Notes: generated by a model not told the origin, from the sequence alone. A DNA stretch of 62,851 nucleotides, filler included, from Basidiobolus meristosporus CBS 931.73 (GCA_002104905.1; 4 parts of 4 records of this genome joined end to end with filler, not necessarily neighbours in it); one strand, 5' to 3'. Numbered from the whole stretch's first letter, positions 46,100 through 59,597 are shown. A program made the numbers and translations.

Positions 46100-47107
46100 T
46101 GCTGTAAGAGTCTTGGAGATATTGGAAGTGATTGGGAGAACAAGCAGATTATGTGGTTTTCACTTAATGATTTATTGAATGTAAAAGTAGTATTTATACT
46201 TTTACATTATCTTGGCATAACAAACATGTAGAATAGGTTTAGGAAGGTCCTAGGAACATGTGTGAGAAGTTTAGGCTGCTTGAGCAACTTTGAGAATTTT
46301 CATGTTCTGGGTACCTGATATTCTGGTGAAAATATTCCAAGTAAATTCCACCAAAATATTTGGCCAGTTATTCTCTAAGATATGTAGGTAATGATTTAAG
46401 TGACTAAGTTAGGTGAGTATTTGGGTGGAATCGCAAATTTTTACAACACTCCCACTCAACTAAATGGTCATACTGACTAGTCCTAATTTTGACCTAAAAT
46501 ACACAAATTTGTCTCTAGCTAATGGCTTGGTCAATATGTCTGCAATCATTTTATCTGTAGAACAATAAGCTGAGTTGCCTAAGTTACTCTCTATAGCTTC
46601 ACATACAAAATAATGTCTAATATTTATGTGCTTAGTTCCAGCCTAAAAAGTTGGATCTTCATTTAATTGTACACAACCTTGATTACCTCAAAATAAAGTA
46701 ATAGGCATTTTTGACATAAGCCTAAATCTTCAAAAGCCTCCTTAGCCACATTGCTTTTTTGAAGCTCCACAGGCTGCCATATACTCTGCCTCTGTGATAG
46801 AAAGTGCTACAGTTGGTTGCTTTCTTAAATTCCATGAAATTGCTCCTTTACAGTAGAGAAAGGTATCTCCTGTGGAGGATCTTGTGTCTTCTAGATTTTG
46901 TCCCTAATTAGCATCAGAGTATCCCACAAGATCTTGTTCTGAATCCTTATAGGTGTACCTTAAGCAGATATCAGCAGTTCCTTTTAGGTATCTCACAATC
47001 TGCTTAACTGCTGCAATATGCTCAGATCCATTGTCTGATTGTGCTGGCTGACAACACCCACTGAATATGAGATATTTGGAAGTGTTCCAAGCATGATATA
47101 CATCAGA
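46100..47107 (-). mobile_element. Copia D 3' end: 3' LTR (46100-46448), PPT, and RNase H/RT remnant; cut by a CMC-like insertion
   Basis: LTR followed by CTCCCACTC; homologous to 29789-30450. Confidence 0.88.
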
Positions 47108-47187
47108 CCCTATGAAAAATAATTTGGTCCTATGGGTGGATCCAATCTGGATCTGCTGTCAAGATCCTGTCAGGAGACCATCATAAT

Positions 47188-47519
47188 TGTTGTAAGAGTC
47201 TTGGAGATATTGGAAGTGATTTGGAGAACAAGTAGATTATGTGGTTTTCACTCAATGATTTATTGAATGTAAAAGTAGTATTTATACTTTTGCCTGGTCT
47301 TGGCATTACAAACAATCAGAATAGGTTAAGGAAGGTCCGAAGAGCATGTGTGCAAAGTTTGGGGCTGTTTGGACAACTTTGAGAATTTTCATGTTCTGGG
47401 TAAATATTCTAAGTAAATCCCAACAAGGAATTTGGTCAGTATTCTCTAGGATTTGAGGGTAATGATCTAAGTGACTAAGTTAGGTGAATATTTAGGTGGA
47501 ATTACAAATTTTTACAACA
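47188..47519 (-). repeat. Solo copia LTR D
   Basis: TGTTG...CAACA; TSD ATAAT. Confidence 0.95.
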
Positions 47520-47861
47520 ATAATAACAGTGGCTGGGAATTAATAACCCTCTACATAATCTTTTGATGGGATCACAATGGCATTTGGCTTATTTTACCTC
47601 TAAATAAAGTTAAACACATAACTTAGTTGGAGCGGTATTTTACCAAGGGTGGCACGGCATTGTTGCGGTCTTAATGTGCTCTACCACTGTTAGAGTGGAT
47701 CTAACCAGCCAGTACATCCAATTGCCTTATATGGCAAAAAACTTGACAGTGTTTTGACTGCCTTATTGCAAGCCACTGATGGCATTATTACAGCAGCATG
47801 GCAGCCAACAGCTAGTTCTGTATAATGCTACCATACCAATTTACCAAATGGTATTTCCTTT

Positions 47862-48210
47862 TGTTGTAAAATTTGTATTTCCACCTAGATATTCACCTAA
47901 CTTAGTCACTTAGATCATCATCTTCAAATCCTAGAGAATACTGACCAAAATTCCTTGTTGGGATTTACTTAGAATATTTTCACCAAAATACCAGGTACCC
48001 AGAACATGAAAATTCTCAAAGTTGTCCAAACAGCTCCAAACTTTGCACACATGTACTTGGGACCTTCCTTAACCTATTCTATGTGTTTGTTATGCCAAGA
48101 CCAGGTAAAAGTATAAATACTACTTTTGTATTCAATAAATCATTAAGTGAAAACCACACAATCTACTTGTTCTCCAAATCACTTCCAATATCTCCAAGAC
48201 TCTTACAGCA
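47862..48210 (+). repeat. Solo copia LTR D
   Basis: TGTTG...CAGCA; TSD CCTTT; empty site near 23250. Confidence 0.95.
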
Positions 48211-48879
48211 CCTTTTTCTATTTCCCCTTGCACAACTCATATATTCCACTGTAGAATTGTCCCTCATTACTTGCTTACCCATTACTACCTTGGGTATTCA
48301 ACATATTGTTCAAATCAGAAGAAACTATGGCCTCCTGCTTACCAAACTCTACAAACATGCACACCTGCCACAATTGACATACTTCTATTGCCTCAACTTT
48401 ATGGCTTCTAGTGTGATACTTGCATAGCTGCCATATACCTTGTATTGCTGGCAGCATATACATATGCAAACATATGCTTATTGGGTGCCACATTTGCTAT
48501 GAAGACTTCCTGAATATTTGCAAAGAACTTTTTGGTATTTAGCCCATATATTCCATCTTCCTGCTAGATCCTAGCCCCCCTTATAGGTGCACTCTGGCTC
48601 TTGTTTGGGTGAATTCCTTATTAAATGGTGAAGAAATTGGCTTGTGACCAACAAGAAATCCAATATACCTTGGTAGAGTTTTCCTAACAAATATTAGTTG
48701 CTTGTTGTGCCCAACCCAATTTTGCATTACTTAACTGACTACTCATGCATTGGGGCAGCTTAACTACTTAAGCCATAGGCATTGGTGTCTCCATGTGCAC
48801 ATCTGTCCTCAGTGTTTTCAAACTCTGCCAGGCTGTCCTCCATGTGCCAACTCATCACATCCATGATGGACTTGAAGGT

Positions 48880-49350
48880 AATATTCTTGATGAGATTGCA
48901 ATATGGTAGTACCTAAAACTTGACTTGTCTACCTATCTCCTGACACATTTGCTCCATAGGAAACTCCCAAATGGTGAAGCAAGGCCCAATATTGTCAACA
49001 CACCAAGCAAGATGGAGTAGAGAATGGATACAGTAGCAGCAGAAATCTATGCATTCAGCTTTATGTTTGTAGTATAGCTGCTCAAATCCCATCACAAATT
49101 CCTTGCGCAAAAGCTGTAGATGTGTCCAGTTGGCATTGGTGATCTGCCTCTGGATAAATATTCCTACAATATCCACATATGACTCCCAATGCTTGTTAAA
49201 AAGCAAATGCATTGCTCCCAGTGGAAAGCTTTTGCTCCCACAGATACCCTCTATCTTGAGTAGCTCCAGTTTCCAATTTACTCCATATTCCAGCTAATGG
49301 CTTATAGCTTGCCAATTTTGCTGCAATTGCATGCTGACTTCTGCACATTT
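48880..49350 (-). pseudogene. CMC/EnSpm transposase fragment
   Basis: H..LH and GP...W.FPME motifs in the ORF-track translation. Confidence 0.6.
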
Positions 49351-49373
49351 TCTCTGCAGGAAGATGATGTTCT

Positions 49374-52300
49374 TGTTGTAAAAAGTTGAAATTCCACCTA
49401 AATATTCACTTAACTTGGTCACTGAGACCATCACCTTCAAGTCCTAGAGAATACTGACCAAATTCCTGGTTGGGATTTACCCAGAATATATAGCCAAGAA
49501 CCTATTATCTGTAAGCAAGGCCACAGCAGAAGGACTCAGTTTCAGCTTTGACAATTATGGATGCAGTATCACTGATCAAAATGGAGTTCATATTGCTTGG
49601 GGTATCAGAGATCAGAATCTGTATAAGTTAACTTATATTCCATTATATCTGGAAGCCATTAAAAGTAAATTAAATGAAGAAACACCAATGCTTTGGCACA
49701 GGAGATTTGGACACATGAATATTGATTATATGAGCAAAATGATCAAAGATCAGCTTATTTCTGGAGTAAGAATTGATCCCCAGCAGATTTGGAGCACTGT
49801 GAAGCCTGCATATATGGGAAACAAGCCAGACAACTGTTCAAGAGCTCTGGGTTAATCAAAACTAAGAAAAATTAGACCTTAATCACTTGGGTCTGTGCAA
49901 ACCTATGCAAAATTTATCTCTAGGTGGGACAAAGTATTTGATCACTTTTATTGATGATTATACAAGATACATGTGGGTTTACTTCATGGAGAGAAAGGAA
50001 GAAGCTCTATCTAAGTTCAAAGAGCTACAAGCCATGGTGGAGAGAAAAACTGGTGAGAAATCAAGAAAATACACTCTGACAATGGTAGAGAATACACCTC
50101 AAAATTTGTCATCCACTTCTGCAAGATTCATGGGACAGAGCAAGAGACTACTGTACCATATGCTCCACAGCAAAATCAAGTAGCAGAACATGCAAAAAGA
50201 TCAATAATTGGTATGGCAAGTTCTATGATTCATGATCAAAAATTATCCTATGATTTCTGGGCAGAATCAGTTGCCACAGCTGTATACCTTGAAGATATGG
50301 AGTTATAGCAGAATACTTTGTAATTCTACTCCATGTGAAGCATGGTATGCATACAGACCAAGTGCAGAACAACCAAGAATAACTTGGTGTAGAGCATGTG
50401 CCAAGAAACTGCCTGGAAATTAGTCAAAATTTGAGCCAAGAAGTGTGAGATGCATATTTTTTAGGGTAATGCCATAAGAGTAAAGCATACAGACTATACA
50501 ATACCAAAGCAAAGAGGCCAATCAAGTGCAGGGATGTGTTGTTTGAAGTAAAATCAAAATTTTTACAAAAAATGACACCAGATGATGACAAAAATCTGAT
50601 CTCAAGTCCACCAATTTTCAGGATTAAATCTGATCAAAACAATGAAACATTTTCACTCCAGAGGACTCTGCAACCATGATTCAGCCTGAAGCAGTGCCCA
50701 GGAATATCCCAGAAGTGATCAGTGCAGTACCAAATGCCCAGAGATCCAACTGGACAAGAATAGCTTAAATTACTAAATCAATGCAGGTAGAAACTTTGCC
50801 TATGCCTATTCTGTCCATATTGCTTAGCCCAGATGGTATAAGAGGCCCTAAATAGCCCTCAGACAAAGTTTTGGAGATCTGCAATAACTAAGAAATGTCA
50901 GGCCCTGATGGAAAATCAAACTTGGGACTTGGTGAAATTACCAATCAACCAAAAATCAATTGGATGCCAATGGGTCTTTGGGACTAATACAAGGCTGATG
51001 GTACAACTGAAAGATACAAAGCAAGACTTGTGGCAAAGAATATTCTCAAACAAAAGGACTTGACTATACTGAGACCTTTGCACCAGTTGCTAAGTTTGAT
51101 TCCATCAGATAAATATTGGCTATAGCAGGCATATATATGACTGTCATGTTGTAAAAGCTTATAGTTCCACCTAAATATTCACCTAACTTAGTCACTACTA
51201 TCATAACCTTCAAATCCTTGAGAATACTGACCGAATTTCTTGTCAGGATTTACTTAGAATATTTTCACCAAAATACCAGGTACCTAGAACATGAAAATTC
51301 TCAAAGTTGTCCAAAAAGCCCCAAACTTTGCACACATGTTCTTGGGACCTTCCTTAACCTATTATATGTGTTTTTGTAATGCCAAGACCATGTAAAAGTA
51401 TAAGTACTACTTATACATTCAATAAATCATTGAGTGACAACTACATAATCAACTTGTCCTCCCAATCACTTCCAATATCTCCAGGACTCTTACAAGATTC
51501 CATACATCAAATAGACATAAAAGCTGCACTTCTCAATGGAGCATTTGATGAGAATGTGTATAAGGACCAGCCTGATGCATTTGGTGACCAAGATAACCCT
51601 CATTTGGTCTGTAAGCTTAAGATATCTCTATATGGTCTCCTACAATCACCAAGAGCCTGGATCTGTAAGTTAAAATTTTGTTTGGAATCTTTGAGTTTCC
51701 AAAGTAGTAATGCTTACTATAGTATATACTATAAGCCAGATAGAACAATCCTGTCCTATTAGCTTGTTGTGTAAAATAGTTGCTATTTAAAGCCACCAAT
51801 AACCTTGGAACATTGGAAGAGACAAAATCCTGCCTCTTTAAGGAGTTCAAGATTTTTGAGCTAGGAGAACTCAGTTACTACTGAGGGATAAACTTCTACA
51901 TAAACAGAAGTATCCAGACTATCACCCTAAGCCAATCTAAGCATATTCAAGGTATACAACAGAAGTATCAAATGGAACACTGTAAATCAGCTGCTACCGC
52001 AATAGAGACAAACTTTAACCTGCTCAAAACTTTGCTAAAATGAGAGAGCTTGGTGCCATCTAAAAGCCCAGACTTTCCTTTTCAATCTATGATTGCCAGT
52101 TTGGATGAATATCATGTTTAGAACATTGCCAGGTATCTCATATCCAGTGGGAGTTGTTAGCCAGCAAAATCAGTAACTATGGATTTGATCATATTGCAGC
52201 AGTTAAGCAGATTTTTGGACATCTAAAAGAAACTGCCATAACTACTTGAGGTAAGCCTACATGAGCTCTGAGCTAAATCTTGTAGGAAACTCTGATGCCA

Positions 52301-52515
52301 ATTGGGGACAAAATCTAGAAGACAGAAGATCCACCTCTGAATAGACCTTTCTTTACAGTTAAAGAGCAATTTCATAGAATTCAAGAAAACAACCAACTGT
52401 TGCACTTTCTAACATAGAGGCAGAGTACATGGCAGCCTGTGACGCTACAAAGGAAGCAATGTGGTTGAGGAAGCTTTTTAAAGATTAAGGCTTTTGTCAA
52501 AAACACCTATTACTT
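49374..52515 (+). mobile_element. Heavily degenerate copia D: partial LTR fused to pol (pre-integrase to RNase H), with an internal solo LTR
   Basis: LTR start 49374 to about 49489 joined to the IAKNLLSV region; colinear with 27335-29440 and 34124-34690. Confidence 0.85.
51147..51497 (+). repeat. Solo copia LTR D inside RT
   Basis: Full LTR; TSD not clean. Confidence 0.88.
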
Positions 52516-52831
52516 TACCTAACTTGATCACTTAGATATTTGCCTACTGATCTTCAAGAACACTGACAGCACTTCTTAATGGGATTTACTTGGGACTTTT
52601 TCATCAAAATATTGGGTACCCAGAGCATGAAGCTTAAATAGGTTGTCCAGGCAGCTCCAAACCTTGCACACATGTACTTGTGACCTTCCTATGCCTATTC
52701 TGCAAGTTTGTTATGTTAAGACCATGTAAAAGTGTGAATACCACTTTTACATCAAATAAATGATTAAATGAAAGCCACATACTCTACTTGTCTTGCCAAT
52801 CACTTCTGACATCTCCAGCACTCTTACAACA
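52516..52831 (+). repeat. Older, diverged copia LTR D (5'-truncated)
   Basis: Ends CTCTTACAACA; aligns to the LTR consensus. Confidence 0.75.
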
Positions 52832-52834
52832 GTG

Positions 52835-53421
52835 ATTTTTTATATGTAAAAGTAGGGCTTTTACTTTTACATGATCATGGCATACAAAACTTGTAGAATT
52901 GGTTTAAGAAGGTCCTAAGAACATTTGTAACAGGTTTGCCAATGTCTGGACAACTTTGAGAATATTCAAGTTTTGGGAGCCTGATATGTTGGCAAAATGT
53001 TCCAAGTAAATCCCAACAAGATATTTGGCCAGTATTCTTGAAGATTAGTAAGCAGATAGACATGTTTCATTGCATAGTGCCACAATGAGCTGTAGAGTGC
53101 CAAATGATGTCATAGTGTGCCAGAAAGGCCAAGTGAGCCTATACTTGGGCACAGAGTGTGAAACATAGCTCTTCATCTTCATGCAAAGCAGCCCCTGTGT
53201 TTCACCCACCATACAGGAGAAAATCCATTTTTTGACCTTTTTTCGGATCATGTTGCACAGGATGTGTAAGAGCAAGGCCAAATTTAAGTCTGCTATGCCT
53301 CTCTGGCACACAATGGCACTATTTAGCACTCATAGCTCAATGTGGCACTATATAATGGAACAGGTCTAATAGCTAAGTGATCAAGCTGGGTGAGCATTTA
53401 GGTGGAATCACAGATTTTATA
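52835..53421 (-). repeat. Old copia LTR D split by a MITE
   Basis: The LTR alignment stops near 53050 and resumes at 53369. Confidence 0.65.
53057..53368. mobile_element. MITE of about 312 bp with long imperfect TIRs (TAGAC...GTCTA)
   Basis: About 60-70 bp of each end are reverse complements, with repeated GTGCCA motifs; a related end lies at 54925. Confidence 0.75.
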
Positions 53422-53844
53422 ATACTTCTACTTAAATAGATATTAGTACCAACTAGTCCCAATTTTGTCCTAAGATCTTCAAACTTGTCTCTTGCTAATG
53501 GTCTGACAATGGGTGGACCTCCTTGCTTGTCATACTAGAATGATCACATCTGTAATGTAGATGGGCACTGATTCAGGCTAGACTATGGTTGTAGGGTAGT
53601 CTGGAGTCAAAAATTCTCATTTTTTTGCTCTGATTCAATCCTGACAATTGATGATCTTGATATTGGATCTTTGCAATCATCCACTATCATTTTTGTCCAC
53701 ATAATGAATTTTCATCAAGCAGCACATCCTTGCACTTGATCAGCATCTTTGCTTTGGTAATGTAGCATCTGTATGCTGTACCCTTAATGCAGTAGTCCAA
53801 AAGTATGCATTTTACAACTTTTGACTCAAGATTTACCTGATTTC
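53422..53844 (-). pseudogene. Internally deleted copia D fragments (3' end joined to the integrase C-terminal region)
   Basis: Matches 29800-29880, then 31480-31790. Confidence 0.7.
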
Positions 53845-54578
53845 TGATGTAAGAGTCTTTGAGATATTGGAAGTGATTGGGAGGACAAGAGATTATGTGG
53901 TTTTCACTTGAGGATTTATTGAATGTAAAAGTAGTACATATACTTTTACATGGTCTTGGCATAAAAAACATTTTAGTGTAGGTTGAGGAAAGTCCCAAGA
54001 GCCTGTGTGCAAACTTTAGGGCTGTTTGGACAACATTGAGAGTCTTCATGTTCTGGGTACCTGGTATTTTGGTGAAAATGTTCCAATTAAATCCTGACAA
54101 GGAATTTGATCAGTATTCTCTAGGATTTGAAGGTAATGTTCTAAGTGCTAAGTTAGGTGAATATTTAGGTGGAATTACAAATTTTTACAACACTCCCACT
54201 CAGCTAAATGTTCATACTGACTAGTCCAAATTTTGACCTAAGATATTCAAACTTGTTTCTAGCTAATGGTTTGGTAAGTATGTCTGCAATCATTTCATCT
54301 GAAGAACAGTAAGCTAAGCTAACTAAGTTATTCTCTATAGCTTCACATATGAAATGATGTCAAATATCTATGTGCTTAGTTCTAGCATGAAAAGTTGGAT
54401 TTCTACCTAGTTACACACATCCTTGATTATCTTGAAATAAAGTAATAGGTGTTTTTTGACATAGGCCTAAATCTGTAAAAAGCTTTCTTGACCACATTGC
54501 TTCTTTTGTAGCTTCACAGGCTGCCATATACTTTGCCTCTGTGGTAGAAATTGCTACAGTTGGTTGCTTTCTTGAATT
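53845..54578 (-). mobile_element. Copia D 3' end: LTR 53845-54192, PPT, RNase H; cut by a CMC-like insertion
   Basis: Colinear with 29441-30175. Confidence 0.88.
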
Positions 54579-54581
54579 ATA

Positions 54582-54915
54582 TCTTATGAATAATAACTTG
54601 GTCCCGCATGTGGAACCAACCCAGATCAGCCATCAGGATCCATTTAGAGACTGTAATAATACCAGCAGCTTGGAATTAGTGACCCTGATGGCAATCTTAT
54701 GACAGGATTGTGACGGTGTTGTGCTAATTTTACAACCAAATTAAGGGATTAACACTTGACAATATTTTATTGGTGCTGTGACAATATTTGCATGGTATTG
54801 TTGCAGTCTTTTAGCACTCTATAAATATTTTAAGTGGATCCAGTTGGCCAGGACATCCAATTGCTTTATATGGCAAGAAACCTGATGGTATTTTGATGGC
54901 CTTGCAGCAAGACTC
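54582..54915. mobile_element. CMC/EnSpm-like terminus (copy 3)
   Basis: Homologous to 22838-23165 and to the start of copy 2. Confidence 0.65.
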
Positions 54916-55669
54916 TGATCACATTAGACTTGTTCCATTGTACCGTGCCAGGGCACGCGGCGCAATCTGCGGTTGTAAAGAACAATTGGGCACAATATTA
55001 TAGCTACCAGAAGGCAGGATTGTTCTTGGACAATTTTGCACTCTGCAGGACAATCTTGCACACTATGGCACAATCTGACACAATGAGGTTGGCATGGATG
55101 ATTGTGCCAACTTGTAATGTTTGCATCACGTGCGCAATTGGATGCCACTATCATGGCAGGTAAAATCCAGTATTTTGATATGTTTCTTTAATGTAAATGG
55201 AAATAAATGTGTATCACACTATAAACTACACTGATACTTACCATTTTGGTTACTCGCACTCCAATTGGACGGTATCTCAGTGGTTAATTGGTCCAAAAGT
55301 ATCCAGAAGCTGGCAGCCCCCAATTGGCTCATTGACTACTAAAAATGCTATCTGATTTGCCATGAAATATCCCATTTTGCCCATTGAGCAAGTAAATCCT
55401 TGATCTTAGTGATTGGACAAGGTGTCATAGCTAGCACACAAGCAATTGTGTAGGTGCAAAACAGATCTAATAGCTGCACCAGTATTAGAGATGACATATA
55501 TATATGCAGGGTGTTTATTTATAGGGGTTCTGTCTCAAATGTGAGACAACCTTGATATTACTTATATCAAAAATTTGATGATCACTGATTTGCAATGGCT
55601 TGATTTGGATCGCAAAAAAAAATGCATTGTTGGGAACATTACAAATGTGAGCAATTCAAAGCAATCACA

Positions 55670-56539
55670 TCATCTTCTCCTGGGTTTTTTTTGCACAGGG
55701 ATTACTACTGAAGCATTTGGTAGTGACTCACTTTGCACACCTATACTACTTCCTGGCTGACTATCATCTTGGCTACTTGTGTATTTGTAGTCATTATTTT
55801 GCCTCCTAGTTGATGAGTGCAATGCTGCAGCTTAGCCATGCTGAATTGCTCCAACTGAACCAACTGAACCGGCCTGTAGTGCCACACACTGACGCGTTCT
55901 TTTACTTGCCAAGGGCTCCGGTGGCTGAGGCACTTCATGTTGGTCATCATCAGTCAGTTCACCAGAAGTAACTTGCTGATGGTCAGGCAAAATGGCATGT
56001 GCAGGCACGCCTTGACGCGTTGAGATGGCCCTTGGCTGAGTTCAATGTGATTCTGCATGTTGACGCAACTTGGTCCACTCCAATGGACTTGTGTCTAGAT
56101 GAGCAGTTTGGCAAGTTCTTGTAGTTTTGCTCTGAAGCGCATGCATTGACCCAACGCGCATTGACTCAATGTGGGGCATTCTGGTAAAGAGTGTTGGCGT
56201 GGTCTGGACTGACATGCATTGGCACGCTGTGGTTGCAAGAGATGGTAGGGAATCCAGCAAGGCGTGCTGGCGCAATCTGGATGATGTTGCTTGTGGTCTG
56301 TATTCTTCCTCCTGAAGCTCACCATCTGATTTCTCAAGGTATTCACTTACCCTCTGTGTGATACTTTGGAGATGTTGACTGGATGAGTCCTGTGTATATT
56401 GCTCTTGGAAGCCACTTAGCTGTACTAATATATCATGTAGTACATTAGTCATTTGAGGCAAAAACTCATTCAAAATCTCTTTGGTTCCCAAAGTTGAGGC
56501 ACAATCGGACGTGTCCAGCCCGTACTGTGCAAATTGCAC
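55670..56539 (-). pseudogene. Decayed ORF of about 290 codons, function unknown, ending KKPRRR
   Basis: The track ORF 56042-56539 reads on in frame through stops at 56042-56044 and 55832-55834 as low-complexity S/Q/D-rich sequence. Confidence 0.4.
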
Positions 56540-57239
56540 GCCAAATCATTCCCGCACGCCTTCTTTGTCAAATCCCCTCACTCTCAGCTCATTCTTGATT
56601 TCAATACTTGTCTTGTTATATATCTTCTTACATACATTGGCTGGCATCTTGATGTAGAACTCATGCTACAGCTTTCTACTCAAATTCTTCCATCTTTGTC
56701 AACTCTCTGAGGTATCTAGTTCTGCTAGATTAATCAGTAGTGCCCAAATATCTGTCCCTATAAAAAATTATTGAGATGATCCCATCAAAAGGCCGTCACA
56801 AAGTTAATGTCCCGTGACTGAGAGGTACTGATCTTGTCAGGACTCCATCCAGAGACTGTTGAAAAATAATTGCACCCCAGATTTCACAAAAAACTTTGTC
56901 AAAATTTTTCATCACAACAATGTATAAGTGGCTTTTGATTGGTTCACTGCCAATTTGCTCACTTTCTGATCCTGGGCACTCTATCACCTCCTATGTTTGT
57001 GTGAATTGATTGGCTATTGACTCTTTTTCTCACTCCTTACTTCCTGACTCTACCGTTTCTCTTACTTTTCATGCATACAAATTGATTTATTTCCATTGAA
57101 ACTTCAGTTGTACCTCAATTGCCAATTTTATTGACCTATACAAGTCTCTACACCCTACACTAACATTAAGCCCAACCCCACACTCAACAAGTAACACCAT
57201 TAAAATCCACTACTCAATAAGCATTTCTGCTGTAACACT

Positions 57240-57953
57240 CTGGTTCCAAAACTTTGGGGGGAGCCCAACAGCTTTATTCCACTGTTCATTCACTGGTTCC
57301 CACACATCCTGGTCTTCAGCCAGCACTTCAAGGTCTAGCTCCTCATCTGCCAGTCTTTGCAATAACTCCTTGCAATATTCCAGTACCTTTTCTTAAGCAC
57401 TGCTCTTGAAGAAGTGCTGCAACCTCTTAGTGTGCCTATTAATGTTCCAAAACTCCACTGAAGCAATTTTGGTAGTTGTTTAAGCTCTTGACATTGTAGC
57501 CTTGTCTGTCAGTGGGATCTCTACTCTGTCAACAATGGAGGCTGTAGAGGCTGTGGATGCTGTGGTAGACAAGTTGCCTTGTTAGCAAACTCATCTACCT
57601 TGCTGGAGTGTAGCTCAACTGGCTGCGCTTCCATCTTTTGTGAAAACAGCTGTTTTCTTGTTGGTAATTCTTCTTGGCTATGATGGGATTCAGTCTGTTC
57701 CTGGCTTGCGGTGTTAATTGGCAAGAACTGCAGTTTCTTTTGCATGCCTCCCTGTCTCAGGCTTGGGTATACATTTTTCCCTTTACCATTTCCTTTATCA
57801 CTGCCAGGTCTCTCACCGCTACTTTGTCAGAGTGCTTCTTGTAAAGAACTATGTTTTCTCCTGGATAAATTCTGCTCTGACTCATCTGTTTTGGCCTGCT
57901 TGTCCCTTGCTGGCACTCTTCTGGCAACCTGATGTTTCTTTTCAGCTTGTTTT
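57240..57953 (-). repeat. Family B copy, 3' part
   Basis: Colinear with 19709-20410. Confidence 0.8.
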
Positions 57954-58059
57954 GATAGATAGGTTTCTGAGCCTTTGTTCAGCCAAAGTATTCAGAACTG
58001 AAGATTTACCTTAAATCACATACGTGAAAGGCTCCTGAATGAAGAATCAAGCAAAAAAA

Positions 58060-58495
58060 GCTCCATTAAGAAGGAAAGGAAAACACCTCAGTAGGCAATG
58101 ACAACCAGCAAAGGAGGTACCCTCAACCCTTGAAGGGCAACAGTAAGCTATTATGCAACTATTGTTAAGGGGTAGGACACACATCCATCCAGTGACTAAA
58201 AAGAGATATTATCAGAAAAAGCAGCACAAATATTGAGATGCTGCAACAACTGAAGGTAAGCTATTCATACCAGCACTAAATATGGCCACTATTAAGGATT
58301 CACAGATGTGGTATACTAATTCTGGAGTATCTTAACACTTGACATACCACAAGGAACTTTATACCCAATATTTAGTAGTTCCAGTTGAGAAGGTTTCAGG
58401 GGTGATAATAGATCTCCTGAGGCAATTAGAGAATGAAATGTGTAAGTGAACCTTAGAAGCAGTGAAGGAAGCCACATACTCACCTTCAAACAAGT
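58060..58495 (+). pseudogene. Copia D gag-knuckle/protease fragment
   Basis: Matches 26890-27320. Confidence 0.75.
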
Positions 58496-59254
58496 ACACT
58501 TTTAAAGTTAATAAAAATTATAGCTAAATATATTTTTAGAAAATCAAATTTAAACATCAAATATCAGATATTAAACATCATATTCAAATATCAAAAAAAA
58601 AAAATTAAAAATCAAACTTAACATCTACTTAATTTAAATTTTATTTCCCTAAAAAAATAATTTTAATTTCTTCTAATTTATTTGGTTTAAGATGTTATAT
58701 GTATTCTACATCTAACTTGGGTTTTAAAGAATATTTTTTGTCATCTAGAAAACATTTTGGCTAAATGAATTATAAAATGTGAAATACAAATATAATTTGT
58801 ACATTAAAAGAAAAACGGACTTTTGTCAAAATTTTATCATTTAACAAAATATCATAGGATTTGTCTAACTAAGCATTGGATAAGTGTTTAAAAAGTCTAA
58901 AGAATTTATTGGGATTTCTTGTATAATGTCCTAAAAGTTTTCATGCTTATTTTCACAGAGTATTTTTGCCATTACATATAGTGGAGGTAACAAAACCCAA
59001 TTCCAAATCTCATAACTTTTAGAACTGATATCCCAAGTAACAGAATTTAATAATGCCATATTATATGTATTAGAATTGCTAAGGTTTGAAAATATAAGTA
59101 TGAAAATAATTAATATAATATTAATATAACTCCATACCTTTTCAAATGTTGATAGTTTAGGGTAATTATGATTTATTACAGGAAAAAACAATTTAAATAA
59201 AAACATCAGCATCTTTTGTTTTTATCATACCAACTTGGATCTATCAAAATTCTA

Positions 59255-59597
59255 AATGTTTGCAGTGTGGGAATATACTTCAAAACTACTTATCCACTCT
59301 GGCAAAACTCATGGGATTTAGCAAGAGGCTTCTGTACTGTACTCCCTGCAACAACATGGAGCAGCAGAATGTGCCAACAGCTTAATAACTGATACGGCAA
59401 GATATATGATACATGATCCAAAATTATCCTATGATAGTTTGGTGGAATCTCTTGTGATGGCTGTACACCTTGAAAATGAGGGTTTTAACCAAGCTCTTGT
59501 TGATTTTATCCCATCTGCAGCTTGGTATGGATACAGTGAAAGTACAGTACTTTGGAGAATATTTGGGGTGTACAGCATTTGCAAAGTAACTGCCTAG
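59255..59597 (+). pseudogene. Copia integrase fragment, interrupted by the chromovirus LTR
   Basis: Matches 27935-28255. Confidence 0.7.

Larger units (their letters stand above)
47108..49350 (-). mobile_element. CMC/EnSpm-like DNA transposon portion (copy 2) with two solo LTRs and a transposase fragment
   Basis: Terminus CCCTATGAAAAAT; 48913-49212 encodes FEQLYY...HSLLHLA...IGP..TIWEFPMEQMC, which resembles the C-terminal half of CACTA/EnSpm transposases. Confidence 0.65.
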
